Below are positions 16,975 through 27,183 of a stretch of DNA of 64,000 nucleotides, one piece after another; the stretch's first letter is position 1; each line of letters starts with the position of its first letter. A model generated the notes under the pieces. The model was not told the DNA's origin. It searched no databases and worked only from the letters and a program-made list of their open reading frames with translations. Both the position numbers and the translations under genes were made by a program. The stretch comes from an uncultured Thermoleophilaceae bacterium (GTDB taxonomy: Bacteria > Actinomycetota > Thermoleophilia > Solirubrobacterales > Thermoleophilaceae), in NCBI GenBank assembly GCA_963786845.1, contig CAWBAP010000009.1, positions 5,131-69,130 of the forward strand. Direction: 5' to 3'.

Positions 16975-19002
16975 CGGCGCACCACCCTGAACGCGACCCG
17001 CTCCGCGGGCGACGGGTTGCCGGCCGCGTCCGTGGCGACGAGCACCGCGCGGTGGCGGCCCCGATGCAGCGCGCGGCGGCCGAGCCGGCCGCTGAACGTC
17101 ACCCGAGTCTCACCGGCCGGCACCCGGCGCGTGAGCGTTCCCACGCGCACCCACCGCGTGCAGCGCGGCCGGCTGCGAAGGCGCTTCGACGGCTTACGGC
17201 ACCGCCCGCGCAGGCGGCGGCCGGGCCGGGCCCGCTGGATCGTGATGCGTACCGAGGCGGCCTCCGTCACGTTGAAGCGGAACTTCGTGCCGCGCGGCAC
17301 GCGGCGGCGCTTGGCGGTCAGCGGGGTAGCGCGTGGCCCGACCGCGAAGACGGTGTTCGTCATGTCGAACGAGAGCACACCCGGCGCGAGCGTGTCCGCG
17401 ATCTTGACCACGCCCGTGCGCGTGGCGGAGTTCCCCTCGGAGTCGGTGGCCGTCAGCGTGGTCGCGAACGCCCCCGCGGCCGCGTACGTGTGGGTGGCCG
17501 CCGGGCCACTTACCGCCGCTCCGTCGCCGAAGTCCCACGCCGAGGTGAACGGGCTCCAGACGTCGACGATGTCCGCTCCGAACGCCAGGGACTCTCCCGG
17601 CTGCCCGGACGTGGGCGCCGTCGGCGTCATCGACGGCGGTGCGGAGTCGTTGACGATCGCCTTGATCTCGCGAACGCCGCCGCTCATGGCATGGTCGATC
17701 ACGACCACGGCGTCTCCGAGCGCATCCACGTCCACCGCCTCCCGCGGCACGAGACCTGGGTGCCCGAGCCCAGCTGGTGCGGCGGTCCGAAGGCGCCGCC
17801 GGCGCGCGCGAAGCTCGCGTCGGCAGCCGCGATCGGCCTTCGCCACGCCACCACCATGTCGCCCCCGTGCGCCGATCGCCGCCACCGGAGTCGAAGACGT
17901 TCCCCGTCGGCCAGTGGCTGCGTCGCGCCCGCACGGTCCCCCCGCGGGGAGTGCGCAGGCCTCGACCGCACGGGTCGCGCCGATGCCACGCTTCCACGCC
18001 AGGACACCCGTGCCGGCGGGGTTCATGTCGAACGCCAGCTCGTCGGGCCCGTTGGCCTGATTCACGGGCGTGACCGGGCTGTCACCCGGCAGGAAGGCCC
18101 CGCCGGCGGGACGGGAGCGCAGCCGCACCTCCGATCCGCCGCCGTCGTCGTACCTCTGCACGAAGCCGACGGTCAGATTGCCCATGGCGTCCACACCGGA
18201 CATCCCGTTGCTGAGGACCGGCTCGTTGGTCGCGTTCCCCGACGTCGCCACGGCGCTTGCGACGTTCTCGAGGCCGAAGCTCGCGCCGCCCGGCGGTCGT
18301 ACGGCGACGTTGACATCACTCGTCGTGGTGGCCGACGCCGTTCGCCGCTTCGTCCAGGTTGCGTAGAAGCCGCCCTGGGCATCGGCGTCCATGTCGACCT
18401 GGTCGAACGAAGACGTCGACGCTCATGGTCGACTGCCCCTGGTCGAGCGCGGGCGCGAGCACGAAGTCGCCACCGGGCGCGCGCGTCATGACGCGGATGC
18501 GGGTAAGCGTGTCCGGCAGCGCGTCCCCCTCCGACGTGATCCCCACCGCGGCCACCGTGCCGTCAGGAGCCGCGGCCAGGCGCAGCTCGGAAAACGGATG
18601 CTCGCTGCCGGGCAGGGTGACGGTGCCCACCGCGCCGAACGCGCTCGCGCCGACCGGCCGCACGGCCCACCGATAGACCGAGCCCTCCTCCCACATGATC
18701 AGCGCGTTTCCCTGGGCGTCGATGAGGACCCGCGGGGTGATGCCCCCCGCGCCGGGCGCTGACAGGAGCTGCGCGTCCTCCAGCGTTCCGCCGGGCGGCC
18801 GCATCGCCACGTGGATCCGGTTGCTGGCGCCGACCATGCCGTTCCAGGCGACGATCATCCGGCCGTCGGCGCCGACGGCCGCCCCGGGACTGACGACCTG
18901 CTGACCCTGTGGGGAGACCGGCAGCGGCGCTAGCCAGCCGGCCTCCGCGGGGGCCGCGAGGATGGCGATCCATGCGACGAGGGCCAGCGCGCCACGGAGC
19001 AT
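16971..19002 (-). pseudogene. large secreted repeat (beta-propeller-like) protein with PKD domain and Arg-rich C-terminal domain; about 3 frame changes as assembled
   Basis: It has a signal peptide (MLRGALALVAWIAILAAPAEA) and repeated units of the form ...VA.RPPGG.F..... The PKD-like segment reads WDFGDGAAVSGPAATHTYAAAGAFATTLTATDSEGN. Reading frames change near 18408, 17870 and 17760 (ORFs 18316..19002, 17699..18007 and 16971..18392). Confidence 0.6.
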
Positions 19003-19049
19003 GCCTTCAGACCGTACGTCCGCTGACGAGCCGGCGCAAGCGGACGGGG

Positions 19050-19478
19050 CTAACCGCCCAGCTCGCGGCGCAGCTCGGCCATCCTCAGCACCGCGCGGGC
19101 GGCGTCCTCGCCCTGGTGGCGCTTCCCGCCGCCCGTCCGCGCGAGCGCCTGCTCCATGTCATCCACGGTCAGCACGCCGAACGAGCACGGCACGCCGGTG
19201 TCGAGCGCCACGCGCGCGATGCCGCTCGCGGCCTCGGCGCAGACGAAGTCGTAGTGGTCGGTCTCGCCGCGGATCACCGCGCCCAGGCAGGCCACGCCCG
19301 CGTAGCGACCCGACTCGGCGCAGTAGCGCGCGCCGAGCGGCAGCTCGAACGCGCCAGGCACGTCGTGCACCTCCACGGTCGCGCCGGCCTCGCCGAACAC
19401 GCGCGTGGCGCCGTCCACGAGCCGCTCCGCGAGCTCCTCGTAGAAGCGGCCCACGCAGGCCGCGTAGACGTCAGCCAC
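19050..19478 (-). CDS. ribH: 6,7-dimethyl-8-ribityllumazine synthase
   Basis: 142 aa with VPGAFELPL and [14 protein letters not shown], the lumazine synthase pattern. It is the last gene of the rib operon. Confidence 0.9.
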   Translation of the reverse strand: MADVYAACVGRFYEELAERLVDGATRVFGEAGATVEVHDVPGAFELPLGARYCAESGRYAGVACLGAVIRGETDHYDFVCAEAASGIARVALDTGVPCSFGVLTVDDMEQALARTGGGKRHQGEDAARAVLRMAELRRELGG

Positions 19479-20814
19479 GCGTTTCGCCGTGCCGGGGGCG
19501 GCGCGGCGCCGGACCCTCGCCGTACGGGTCGGTCTCCTCGGCCAGCGCTCGCTCGCGGTCCAGCACGCGCTCCTCGTGGATCATCTCCTCGTCGAGCGCC
19601 AGGCCCTGGTGGTGGAGCGCGTGGCCGAGCCGCTCCTTCTTCGCGCGCAGGTAGTCGCGGTTGTGCTCGCCGGGCGCCTGCTCGATCGGCACCTGGTCCG
19701 TGACGGTCAGGCCGTAGCCCTCCAGGCCGACGATCTTCCTCGGGTTGTTCGTGAGCAGCCGGATCGAGCTGAGCCCGAGATCCACGAGGATCTGAGCGCC
19801 GATCCCGTAGTCGCGCAGGTCGGCCGGCAGCCCCAGCTTCATGTTGGCGTCGACCGTGTCGAGCCCGTCCTCCTGGAGCTTGTAGGCGCGCAGCTTGTTG
19901 AGCAGCCCGATGCCGCGCCCCTCCTGGGCCAGGTAGAGCAGGACGCCCTGGCCCTCCCTCTCGATCCGCGCCATGGCGTCTTCCAGCTGTTGCCCGCAGT
20001 CGCAGCGGAGCGAGTGGAACACGTCGCCGGTGAGGCACTCGGAGTGCACGCGCACGAGCACGTCCTCCTCGCCCTCGATCTCGCCCTTGATCATCGCCAC
20101 GTGGTGCTTCTCGTCCACGAGCGAGCGGAAGCCCACGACGCGGAAGTCGCCAAAGGCCGTCGGAAGCGCGGCCTCGGCCACGCGCTCGATCAGCTTGTCG
20201 TTGCGCCGCCGGTAGGCGATCAGGTCGGAGACCGTGACCATCTTGAGCCCGTGCTTCGCGCAGTAGCGCTCGAGGTCCGGGACGCGCGCCATGGTGCCGT
20301 CGTCGTTCATCACCTCGCAGATCACGCCCGACGGGTTGAGGCCGGCGAGCCGCGCGAGGTCGATCGCGGCCTCCGTCTGGCCGGTGCGCTCGAGCACGCC
20401 GCCGGTCTTCGCCTTCAGCGGGAAGATGTGGCCCGGCTGGACGAGGTCCTGGGGGCGCGAGGCCGGGTCGATCGCCACCTGCACCGTGTGCGCGCGGTCG
20501 TGCGCGGAGATTCCGGTCGTGATCCCCTCGCGCGCCTCGATCGAGACCGTGAAGGCGGTCTGGAAGGGCGACTCGTTCTTCGCCGCCATCAGGTCGAGGC
20601 CCAGCTCGTCGCAGCGCTCGCCGGTGAGCGCGAGGCAGATCAGGCCGCGGCCGTGCGTGGCCATGAAGTTGATGGCGTCCGGCGTGATGAACTGGGCCGC
20701 CATCGTGAGGTCGCCCTCGTTCTCGCGGTCCTCCGCGTCGCAGACGACGACCATCTTGCCGTCGCGGATGTCCTCGATGGCCTCCTCGATCGTGCTGAAG
20801 GGGGGATTCGTCAT
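19471..20814 (-). CDS. ribBA: bifunctional 3,4-dihydroxy-2-butanone-4-phosphate synthase / GTP cyclohydrolase II
   Basis: The ATG at 20814 forms an ATGA overlap with the ribE stop. It has a DHBP synthase half ([16 protein letters not shown]) and a GCH-II half ([21 protein letters not shown]). Confidence 0.9.
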   Translation of the reverse strand: MTNPPFSTIEEAIEDIRDGKMVVVCDAEDRENEGDLTMAAQFITPDAINFMATHGRGLICLALTGERCDELGLDLMAAKNESPFQTAFTVSIEAREGITTGISAHDRAHTVQVAIDPASRPQDLVQPGHIFPLKAKTGGVLERTGQTEAAIDLARLAGLNPSGVICEVMNDDGTMARVPDLERYCAKHGLKMVTVSDLIAYRRRNDKLIERVAEAALPTAFGDFRVVGFRSLVDEKHHVAMIKGEIEGEEDVLVRVHSECLTGDVFHSLRCDCGQQLEDAMARIEREGQGVLLYLAQEGRGIGLLNKLRAYKLQEDGLDTVDANMKLGLPADLRDYGIGAQILVDLGLSSIRLLTNNPRKIVGLEGYGLTVTDQVPIEQAPGEHNRDYLRAKKERLGHALHHQGLALDEEMIHEERVLDRERALAEETDPYGEGPAPRRPRHGETRG

Positions 20815-21387
20815 CGTGCGCTCAGCTTCTCCACGTATTTCGCCAGCACGTCCACCTCGAGGTTGACCGTGCGGCCGGGCGCGGCCGCGCCGAGCGTCGT
20901 GCGCTCGAGCGTCTCGGGGATCAGCGACACCTCGAATGCCTGGTCGTCCACGGCAGAAACGGTAAGGGACACGCCGTCCACGGCGATCGAGCCCTTGTGG
21001 ACGACGTAGCGGAGCAGCTCGGCGGGCGCCTCGATCCGGACGACGCGCGAGAGGCCGTCCTCGCGTCACGGACTCGACGGTGCCGGTGCCGTCTACGTGG
21101 CCCTGCATGACGTGGCCGCCGAGGCGGTCGCCCGCGCGCAGCGGCAGCTCGAGGTTCACCTCGTCGCCCTCGCCGAGCGGCTCCAGCGAGGTGCGCCGGA
21201 GCGTCTCGGGCATCACGTCGGCCGCGAACGAGCCGTTGCCGCGCTCGACCGCCGTCAGGCAGACGCCGTTGACCGCGATCGAGTCGCCCGGGCGCGAGCT
21301 CGGCCGCGAGCGGCGTCTCCACCTGCGAGCCGGCCCTCGCCCAGGGCGCGCGACGACCCCCTTGCCGGCTACGAGCCCGGTGAACAC
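20811..21387 (-). pseudogene. ribE: riboflavin synthase alpha chain, about 3 frame changes as assembled
   Basis: [12 protein letters not shown] (GTG at 21387) and [12 protein letters not shown]...[17 protein letters not shown] are in one frame. [15 protein letters not shown] and [35 protein letters not shown]...[11 protein letters not shown] are in other frames. Breaks lie near 21315-21345, 21290 and 21061. Confidence 0.8.
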
Positions 21388-21388
21388 C

Positions 21389-22513
21389 TCACCACTCCTT
21401 GAAGCGGGCGACGATCAGCACGTCGTCCTCGATCCGCTCCGTCTCCATGGCGAGGGCGCGCCCGCCGGCCGAGATGTCACCCACCCCGATGCCCTCGATG
21501 GCCGTCCTCGCCTTGGCTCCGCCGAGCATGACCGGCGCGACGAACATGCGCGCCTCGTCGATCTCGCCCGCCTCCAGGAAGGCGCCCGCGAGGTGCGGGC
21601 CGCCCTCGAGCAGCAGCGACTGGATGTCGCGCGCGCCGAGCTCGTCGAGCGCGCCCTCGATGCGCGCGGCCTCGTTCTCGCCGGTGGCGACGATCACGTC
21701 CACTCCCGCGGTCTGGAGCGCCTCCACGGAAGTGCGCGTGGCGGCGCGCGCGCAGACGACGATCAGCGGGAGGTCGGCCACGCCGCGGACGAGCTGGGAG
21801 TCGAGCGGCAGGCGCGCCTCGGAGTCGAAGACGACTCGGCGCGGCTGGCGGGCCACGCCCTCCACGCGGGCCGTCAGCTGCGGGTCGTCGTGCAGCGCCG
21901 TGCCGATCCCCACGGCGACCGCGTCCGACTCGGCGCGCCAGCGGTGGGCGCGGGCGCGGCTGGCCTCGCCGGAGATCCACTGCGAGTCGCCGGTGCGGCT
22001 CGCGACCTTGCCGTCGAGCGTCATCGCCGACTTCAGGATCACCAGCGGGCGGCCGGTGCGGGCGTGCTTGCGGAAGGGCTGGTTCAGCATGCGCGCGGCG
22101 GCGCCGATGTCGCCGTCCACGTAATCCACCCTCACGCCCTCGTCGCGCAGGATGCCCGGGCCGCGCCCGGCCGCCTTCGGCGTCGGGTCGTCGGACGCGA
22201 TGACCACGCGCGCGATGCCCGCCGAGAGGATCGCGTCCGTGCACGGCGGCGTGCGCCCCTCGTGGCAGCACGGCTCGAGCGAGACGTACATGGTCGCGCC
22301 CGCCGTCTGGCCTGACGCGGCGTCGATGGCCATGACCTCGGCGTGCTCCTGGCCGGGCGGCTGCGTGATGCCCTCTCCGATGACGCGCTCGTCCTTCACC
22401 AGGACCGCGCCGACCATGGGGTTCGGGCTCGTCTGCCCGCGCGAGCGACCCGCGAGCTCAATGGCCCGCAGAAGATGACGCGCATCGCGTTCCGTCGCGG
22501 TGGTCTCGGGCAT
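21389..22513 (-). CDS. ribD: bifunctional diaminohydroxyphosphoribosylaminopyrimidine deaminase / 5-amino-6-(5-phosphoribosylamino)uracil reductase
   Basis: I chose the ATG at 22513. The deaminase zinc motif is HAEV...[11 protein letters not shown], and a RibD_C reductase half follows. Confidence 0.9.
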   Translation of the reverse strand: MPETTATERDARHLLRAIELAGRSRGQTSPNPMVGAVLVKDERVIGEGITQPPGQEHAEVMAIDAASGQTAGATMYVSLEPCCHEGRTPPCTDAILSAGIARVVIASDDPTPKAAGRGPGILRDEGVRVDYVDGDIGAAARMLNQPFRKHARTGRPLVILKSAMTLDGKVASRTGDSQWISGEASRARAHRWRAESDAVAVGIGTALHDDPQLTARVEGVARQPRRVVFDSEARLPLDSQLVRGVADLPLIVVCARAATRTSVEALQTAGVDVIVATGENEAARIEGALDELGARDIQSLLLEGGPHLAGAFLEAGEIDEARMFVAPVMLGGAKARTAIEGIGVGDISAGGRALAMETERIEDDVLIVARFKEW

Positions 22514-22580
22514 CCAAAAGACCGTACCAGTGGCCGGTTTTCGGCCCGACCCGGCTGGGCGGTGGCTAACGTGCCGCCGC

Positions 22581-24370
22581 GTGCACCGCCTCGTGCTCGT
22601 GCTGATCCTCGTCGCCGGGCTCGCCCTGCGTCTGTGGAACATCGACTACGGGCTCCCGTTCGTCTACTCGATCGACGAGGGGTCCCATTTCACCTCGCGC
22701 GCGGTCGAGATGTTCTGGCAGGACCTCGACCCCGGCTACTACCAGAACCCCTCGGCGTACACGTACCTCGTCTACGCGCTGCTGCGGGTCATGTACGGCC
22801 CGCTCGGGTTCGTGTTCGACCTCCAGTTCGGCAACGTCACGGACCAGTTCGACAAGGACCCGACCCAGATCTGGGTGGCCGCACGCACGCTCGCGGCGGT
22901 GCTCTGCATGGCGGGCGTGGCGGCCACCTACTGGGCCGCTCGGCGGCTCTGGGGAGTGCGCGAGGGACTGGTGGCAGCGGCGGTGCTCGCGTTCGCGTTC
23001 CTGCCCGTGGCCTACTCCCGGGTGGCCGTGACGGACGTGGGAGCGCTGATCGGGATGTCGCTGTCGATCGCGTTCGCCGTGCTGGCGTACGAGCGCGGCC
23101 GGACGCGCGACTACGCGCTCGCCGGCGCGGCCGCCGGCCTCGCGGTCGCGTTCAAGTACACGGCGGGCCTCGCGCTGCTGCCGCTCGCGATCGCCGTGCT
23201 CGCGCGCCTGCGGGCGGACGGCGTGCGCGCGGCCGGCGGCGCCGCGCTCGGAGCCGCCCTGGCCGCGCTTGTCTTCGTCGTCCTCAACCCGTACCTGTTC
23301 GGCTCGCTCGACGCGTGGTGGAGCGACCTGCGCGACCAGGCCGAGGTGGCCGCCGACCAGCCCAAGCCGGGCCAGGAGTCGGGCGGCGTCTCGTACTACC
23401 TCGACAGCCTCACCTGGGGGCTCGGCTGGGCGGCGGCGCTCGCCGCGCTGGCCGGCGCGCTGCTCGAGCTTCGTCGCGATCTCGTCCGCGGGCTGATGCT
23501 CGCCGCGGTGCCGGTCGCGCTGTTCGTCTACCTGAGCGTGCAGTCGCGCTACTTCGGGCGCTGGCTGCTGCCGGCCTACCCCGCGCTCGCGATGCTGGCC
23601 GCGGCCGCCCTCACTCAGTTGAGCGCGCTCGTTCCGAAGCCGAGCTGGAGAGGTCCGGTGCTCGCGGGGGTCGCCGCGCTCGTGCTGCTCCAGCCGCTCG
23701 CCGCCGACATCCGCACGGCGCAGGTCCTCGGCCGCGACGACACGCGCCAGCAGGCGCGCGACTGGATCGAGGCGCGGCGCGTGCCGGGGCTCCGGGTCTC
23801 GGTCGAGCCCGCGGTGCCGGGGCGCTGGTTCCGCTCGAACCCGGAGGGCGACCCGCCGAGCTGGCTGTCGCGCTGCGAGCGCCGTGACGGCTGGACCGAG
23901 CCGGGCTGGTCCTACGTCCCGCGCGGAGGCTCGCGCGTGTGCGTGCAGTACAAGCCCGGCCTCGTCGCCCGGCCCGACGGCGGCGTCCGCGCCTCGGCCT
24001 ACCACGCCGTGCTCGACTCGGGAGTCGTCGACGACTACCGCCTGTACGGCTACTGCCTCGTCATGACCGTCGACGTCGTGCGCGACCGTGCGCTACAGAC
24101 GGGCGACCCGACGCGCGCGAGTACTACGCGCGCCTCGACCGCGAGTCGCGCGTGGTGCGCACCTTCAGCCCGTACGACGAGGGCGCCGAGCCCGTCCCCT
24201 TCCACTTCGACCTCTCCTTCAACTACTACCCGCCCGAGTACCACCGGCCGGGGCCGACGATCAGGATCCACCGGCTCGACGACTGCGATCAGGCCACCGG
24301 CCCGCCGATCATCCGGATCCCGCGTGCGCGGGAGCCCGCCCCCTTCGGCCACGGGCGGACCCGGGGCTAG
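22581..24370 (+). pseudogene. GT-C fold membrane glycosyltransferase (GT39/PMT_2-like), one frame change near 24110 as assembled
   Basis: It is polytopic, with a first-loop DE motif (VYSIDEGSHF). The C-terminal soluble part continues in ORF 23939..24370 (DAREYYARLDRESRVVRTFSPYDEG...). The start is uncertain (GTG at 22581, or 22500). Confidence 0.7.
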
Positions 24371-25622
24371 TTGAACGCGCCGAGCGCGCGCAGCGAGTAG
24401 CGCTTGAAGTGGCCGTGCACGGTGCCCTTGGGCGGGGCCTCCCAGTCGGTCGCGTACTGGGCGTACATCAGGCCGCGCTCGGGCCACCAGGTGCCCACCG
24501 GGAGCGGGCCGCCGTTGCACGATCCGGCTGAGTAGCCGGGCCGGTTGATGTACATGTACGCGTCCACCAGCGGGTGCGACGTGGCGGTGGTCGGAGCCGG
24601 GCCGAGGCCGCGGAGGCCGGGGTGGCACCACACGTTGATCCGGCGCCACTTGTGCTGCGCCTTGTTGATCCACTTCCTGTAGTGCAGCGGCCCGCGGCCG
24701 TTGTAGGACGTGCTGATGATGAAGTGCTTGCCGCCCACCATCCGGGAGATCTGCGAGCCCGTGCTGGATGTTGTTGCGCGTCCAGTCGTGGTGGGTCACG
24801 TTGAGCATGAAGCCGCGCACCTTGTGGATGCCGATGTAGCGCAGCTGGTTCGCGGTGCGCGTGGCGGCCTCCCAGTCGGAGGCGCCGGCCTCGAGGTAGA
24901 TGGTCGCGTTCGGGAGCTTTGAGAGCCGGTCGACGCCGTAGCGCAGCACGTCCAGGCGGTCCTGGCGGCGGTCGCGCGCCAGGCAGTCGACGGTCCCGAG
25001 CGAGTCGGGCTCGAAGCCGATCACGACGCGGGCGTCGCCGACCGAGTCCGCGAAGTCGTCGTACCACTGCATGGTGCGGCGGTCCTCGGCCTCTCCGCCG
25101 GCGCGGTAGGTGCCGCTGCAGCCCTTGCCCTGGTGGCGCATGACCACCATCAGCGGGACGGTGCCGGGCTGGTCGCACTGCACGCGGTCGAGGAAGCCCT
25201 TGATCTTCTTCTGCATCCGCGGGCTCGTGAACTTGCCGAACCAGCGGAAGCGCGGCTCGCGGGCGAGCTTCCAGATCGTGTTGGCCTTGGTCTCGTCGCC
25301 TGCGCGCTTCCACCTCGCCCACTGCATGTAGGCGGACTCCATGCGGTCGGTGAAGTAGCGCTGGCCGAGCAGGGGGTTGGGAAGCGACGGGTCGACGCCC
25401 CTCGGGTCGATGCCGGCGGGCGCCGTCGGCCACACGGGCTGCGTCTCCGCCACGCACTTCGCCCAGTCCTCCGGATACTCGCCGACCGGCGCCGCGCGGG
25501 ACCGTCTCGGGCGGCTCGACCATCGCCGGGTCGACGAGCCGGCCGGGCGCATAGTCCTGCGCGCCCGCGGCAGCGGGCAGCGCGGCGACGAGCGCCAAGG
25601 TGAGTAGCACGAGGAGAATCAC
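24367..25622 (-). pseudogene. secreted glycoside hydrolase family 6-like protein, 2 frame changes as assembled
   Basis: Signal peptide MILLVLLTLALVAALPAAAGA. GH6-like blocks are VVIGFEPDSLG, IYLEAGASDW, GFMLNVTHHDW, IISTSYNGRGP and WCHPGLRGLGP. Frame changes lie near 25497 and 24757. Confidence 0.7.
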
Positions 25623-25708
25623 GGCCCATCCGACATTCTCATCGGCACATTCACGCCCGGAATTGAGTACCTCACGGCGCTAATGGCGCCCCGCTACTCT
25701 CTCGCCGC

Positions 25709-27177
25709 GTGGATACGCGCCTGAGTCGCCGGCGACTGCTGCAGGCCGGCGCGGCGGGTGCCGCCGGGGCCGCGGTCCTGCCCGCCGTGGGCTGCAGCTC
25801 GGACGACGACGCCTCGGCCGAGGGCGGTCAGCTGAACGTCCTGCTGCTGATCATCGACAGCCTGCGCGCCGACCACGTGGGCGCTTACGGCGCGCCGCAG
25901 GTCCAGACGCCCAACGTCGACGCGCTCGCAAACCGCGGGCGTGCGCTTCACCCGCGCCTTCCCGGAGGCCATGGTCACCGTGCCGGCCCGGCGCTCGATC
26001 TTCGGCAGCCGCCGGATCTTCCCGTACAGGGACTGGACGCCGAACAAGGAGATCGGCACCAGCCCGGGCTGGCTCCCGATCGACGACCCCCAGAAGACGT
26101 TCACCACCGCGCTGCGCGACCGCGGCTACTGGAACGCGCAGGTGAGCGACAACCCGTTCCTGGCCTTCATGAAGGCCTTCGAGCCGTTCCGCAAGACCTT
26201 CCACGAGTGGCAGACCATCGTGGGCCAGTCCGGCTTCCGCAACCCGCCGGAGAACGTGCCGATCGAGACCGTCCACCACTGGCTGCCGCCCTTCCTGCGC
26301 GACGAGCGCTACGTGCCCGGGATGCGCAAGTACCTCGCCAACACCGGCGAGGGACGGGACGAGGAGGAGACCTGCGCGGCACGGGTGTTCATGAAGGCGA
26401 GGGACGTCCTCGACGACGCCCGCCGCCGCGAGCCCTTCGTGCTGACCGTCGACTGCTTCGACCCGCACGAGCCGTGGAGCACGCCGAAGAAGTACCTCGA
26501 CATGTACGGCGACCCCGGCTACGAGGGGCCAGAGGTGGGCGTGACGCCGTACGGCTTCGCGCAGAACTTCACGCCGGAGCTGCTGCGCCGCCTCCACGCC
26601 GCCTACGCCGGCGAGGTCACGATGATGGACCACTGGCTCGGCCACTTCATGGAGCGCTTCCACGAGCTGGGCCTCCACCGGAACACCGTCGTCGTGCTCC
26701 TGGCGGACCACGGCTTCCTGCTCGGCGAGCGCGGCTTCACCGGCAAGGTGCCCTCCCAGCTGCATCCCGAGCTCGCGCAGGTGCCGTTCGTGATCGTGCA
26801 CCCGGACGGCCGCGCCGCCGGGGACGGTGAGCCACTACTTCGCCTCCACCCACGACGTGGGCCCGACGATCCTGTCGATGGCCGGCATCGACCCGCCGGA
26901 GTGGATGGGCGGCGCCGACCTCTCGCCCACGCTCGACGGGGAGCAGCCCGACGAGAAGCGCGACTTCCACTACGGCGGCATGTACAACCGCTTCTACATC
27001 CGCACCGACGACTGGGTCCTGATCGGCGACAACCAGGGCAACGAGCGCACGCTCTGCGACCTGAAGCTCGACCCGCGCGAGAACGAGAACGTGGTCAAGG
27101 CGAACCCCGCGGTGAGCAGGGAGCTGTACGACACGGTGCTCGACGCTGCGGGCGGCCCGCTGCCGTATTACGAGTAG
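25709..27177 (+). pseudogene. Tat-exported sulfatase-fold (alkaline phosphatase superfamily) enzyme, 2 frame changes as assembled
   Basis: The twin-arginine signal is SRRRLLQAGAAGAAG. NVLLLIIDSLRADHVGAYG...TPNVDALANRG is followed in another frame by VRFTRAFPEAMVTVPARRSIFG, and later by VSHYFASTHDVGPTILSMAGI. Breaks lie at about 25940 and 26825. Confidence 0.7.
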
Positions 27178-27183
27178 GGCGCG

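Noticed and set aside
22514-22580. An FMN (RFN) riboswitch upstream of ribD.
   Set aside because: Only about 67 nt separate the ribD start from the divergent glycosyltransferase gene. That is too short for the aptamer plus expression platform (about 140 nt or more), and I could not find the conserved RFN core helices. A riboswitch would have to overlap the neighbouring ORF.
24367-25622. The GH6-like protein as a bona fide cellulase.
   Set aside because: Only part of the GH6 signature is present. The block corresponding to ..RDC.. reads ..GKGC.., and the gene has two frame breaks. I keep it as GH6-like without a substrate claim.
25623-25708. Divergent promoter elements in the relatively AT-rich gap between the GH6 gene and the sulfatase-fold gene (for example ttgagt ... 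taatgg).
   Set aside because: The spacing of the best hexamers is about 12 nt rather than 16-18, and the promoter consensus for this lineage is unknown to me. The support is too weak to annotate.
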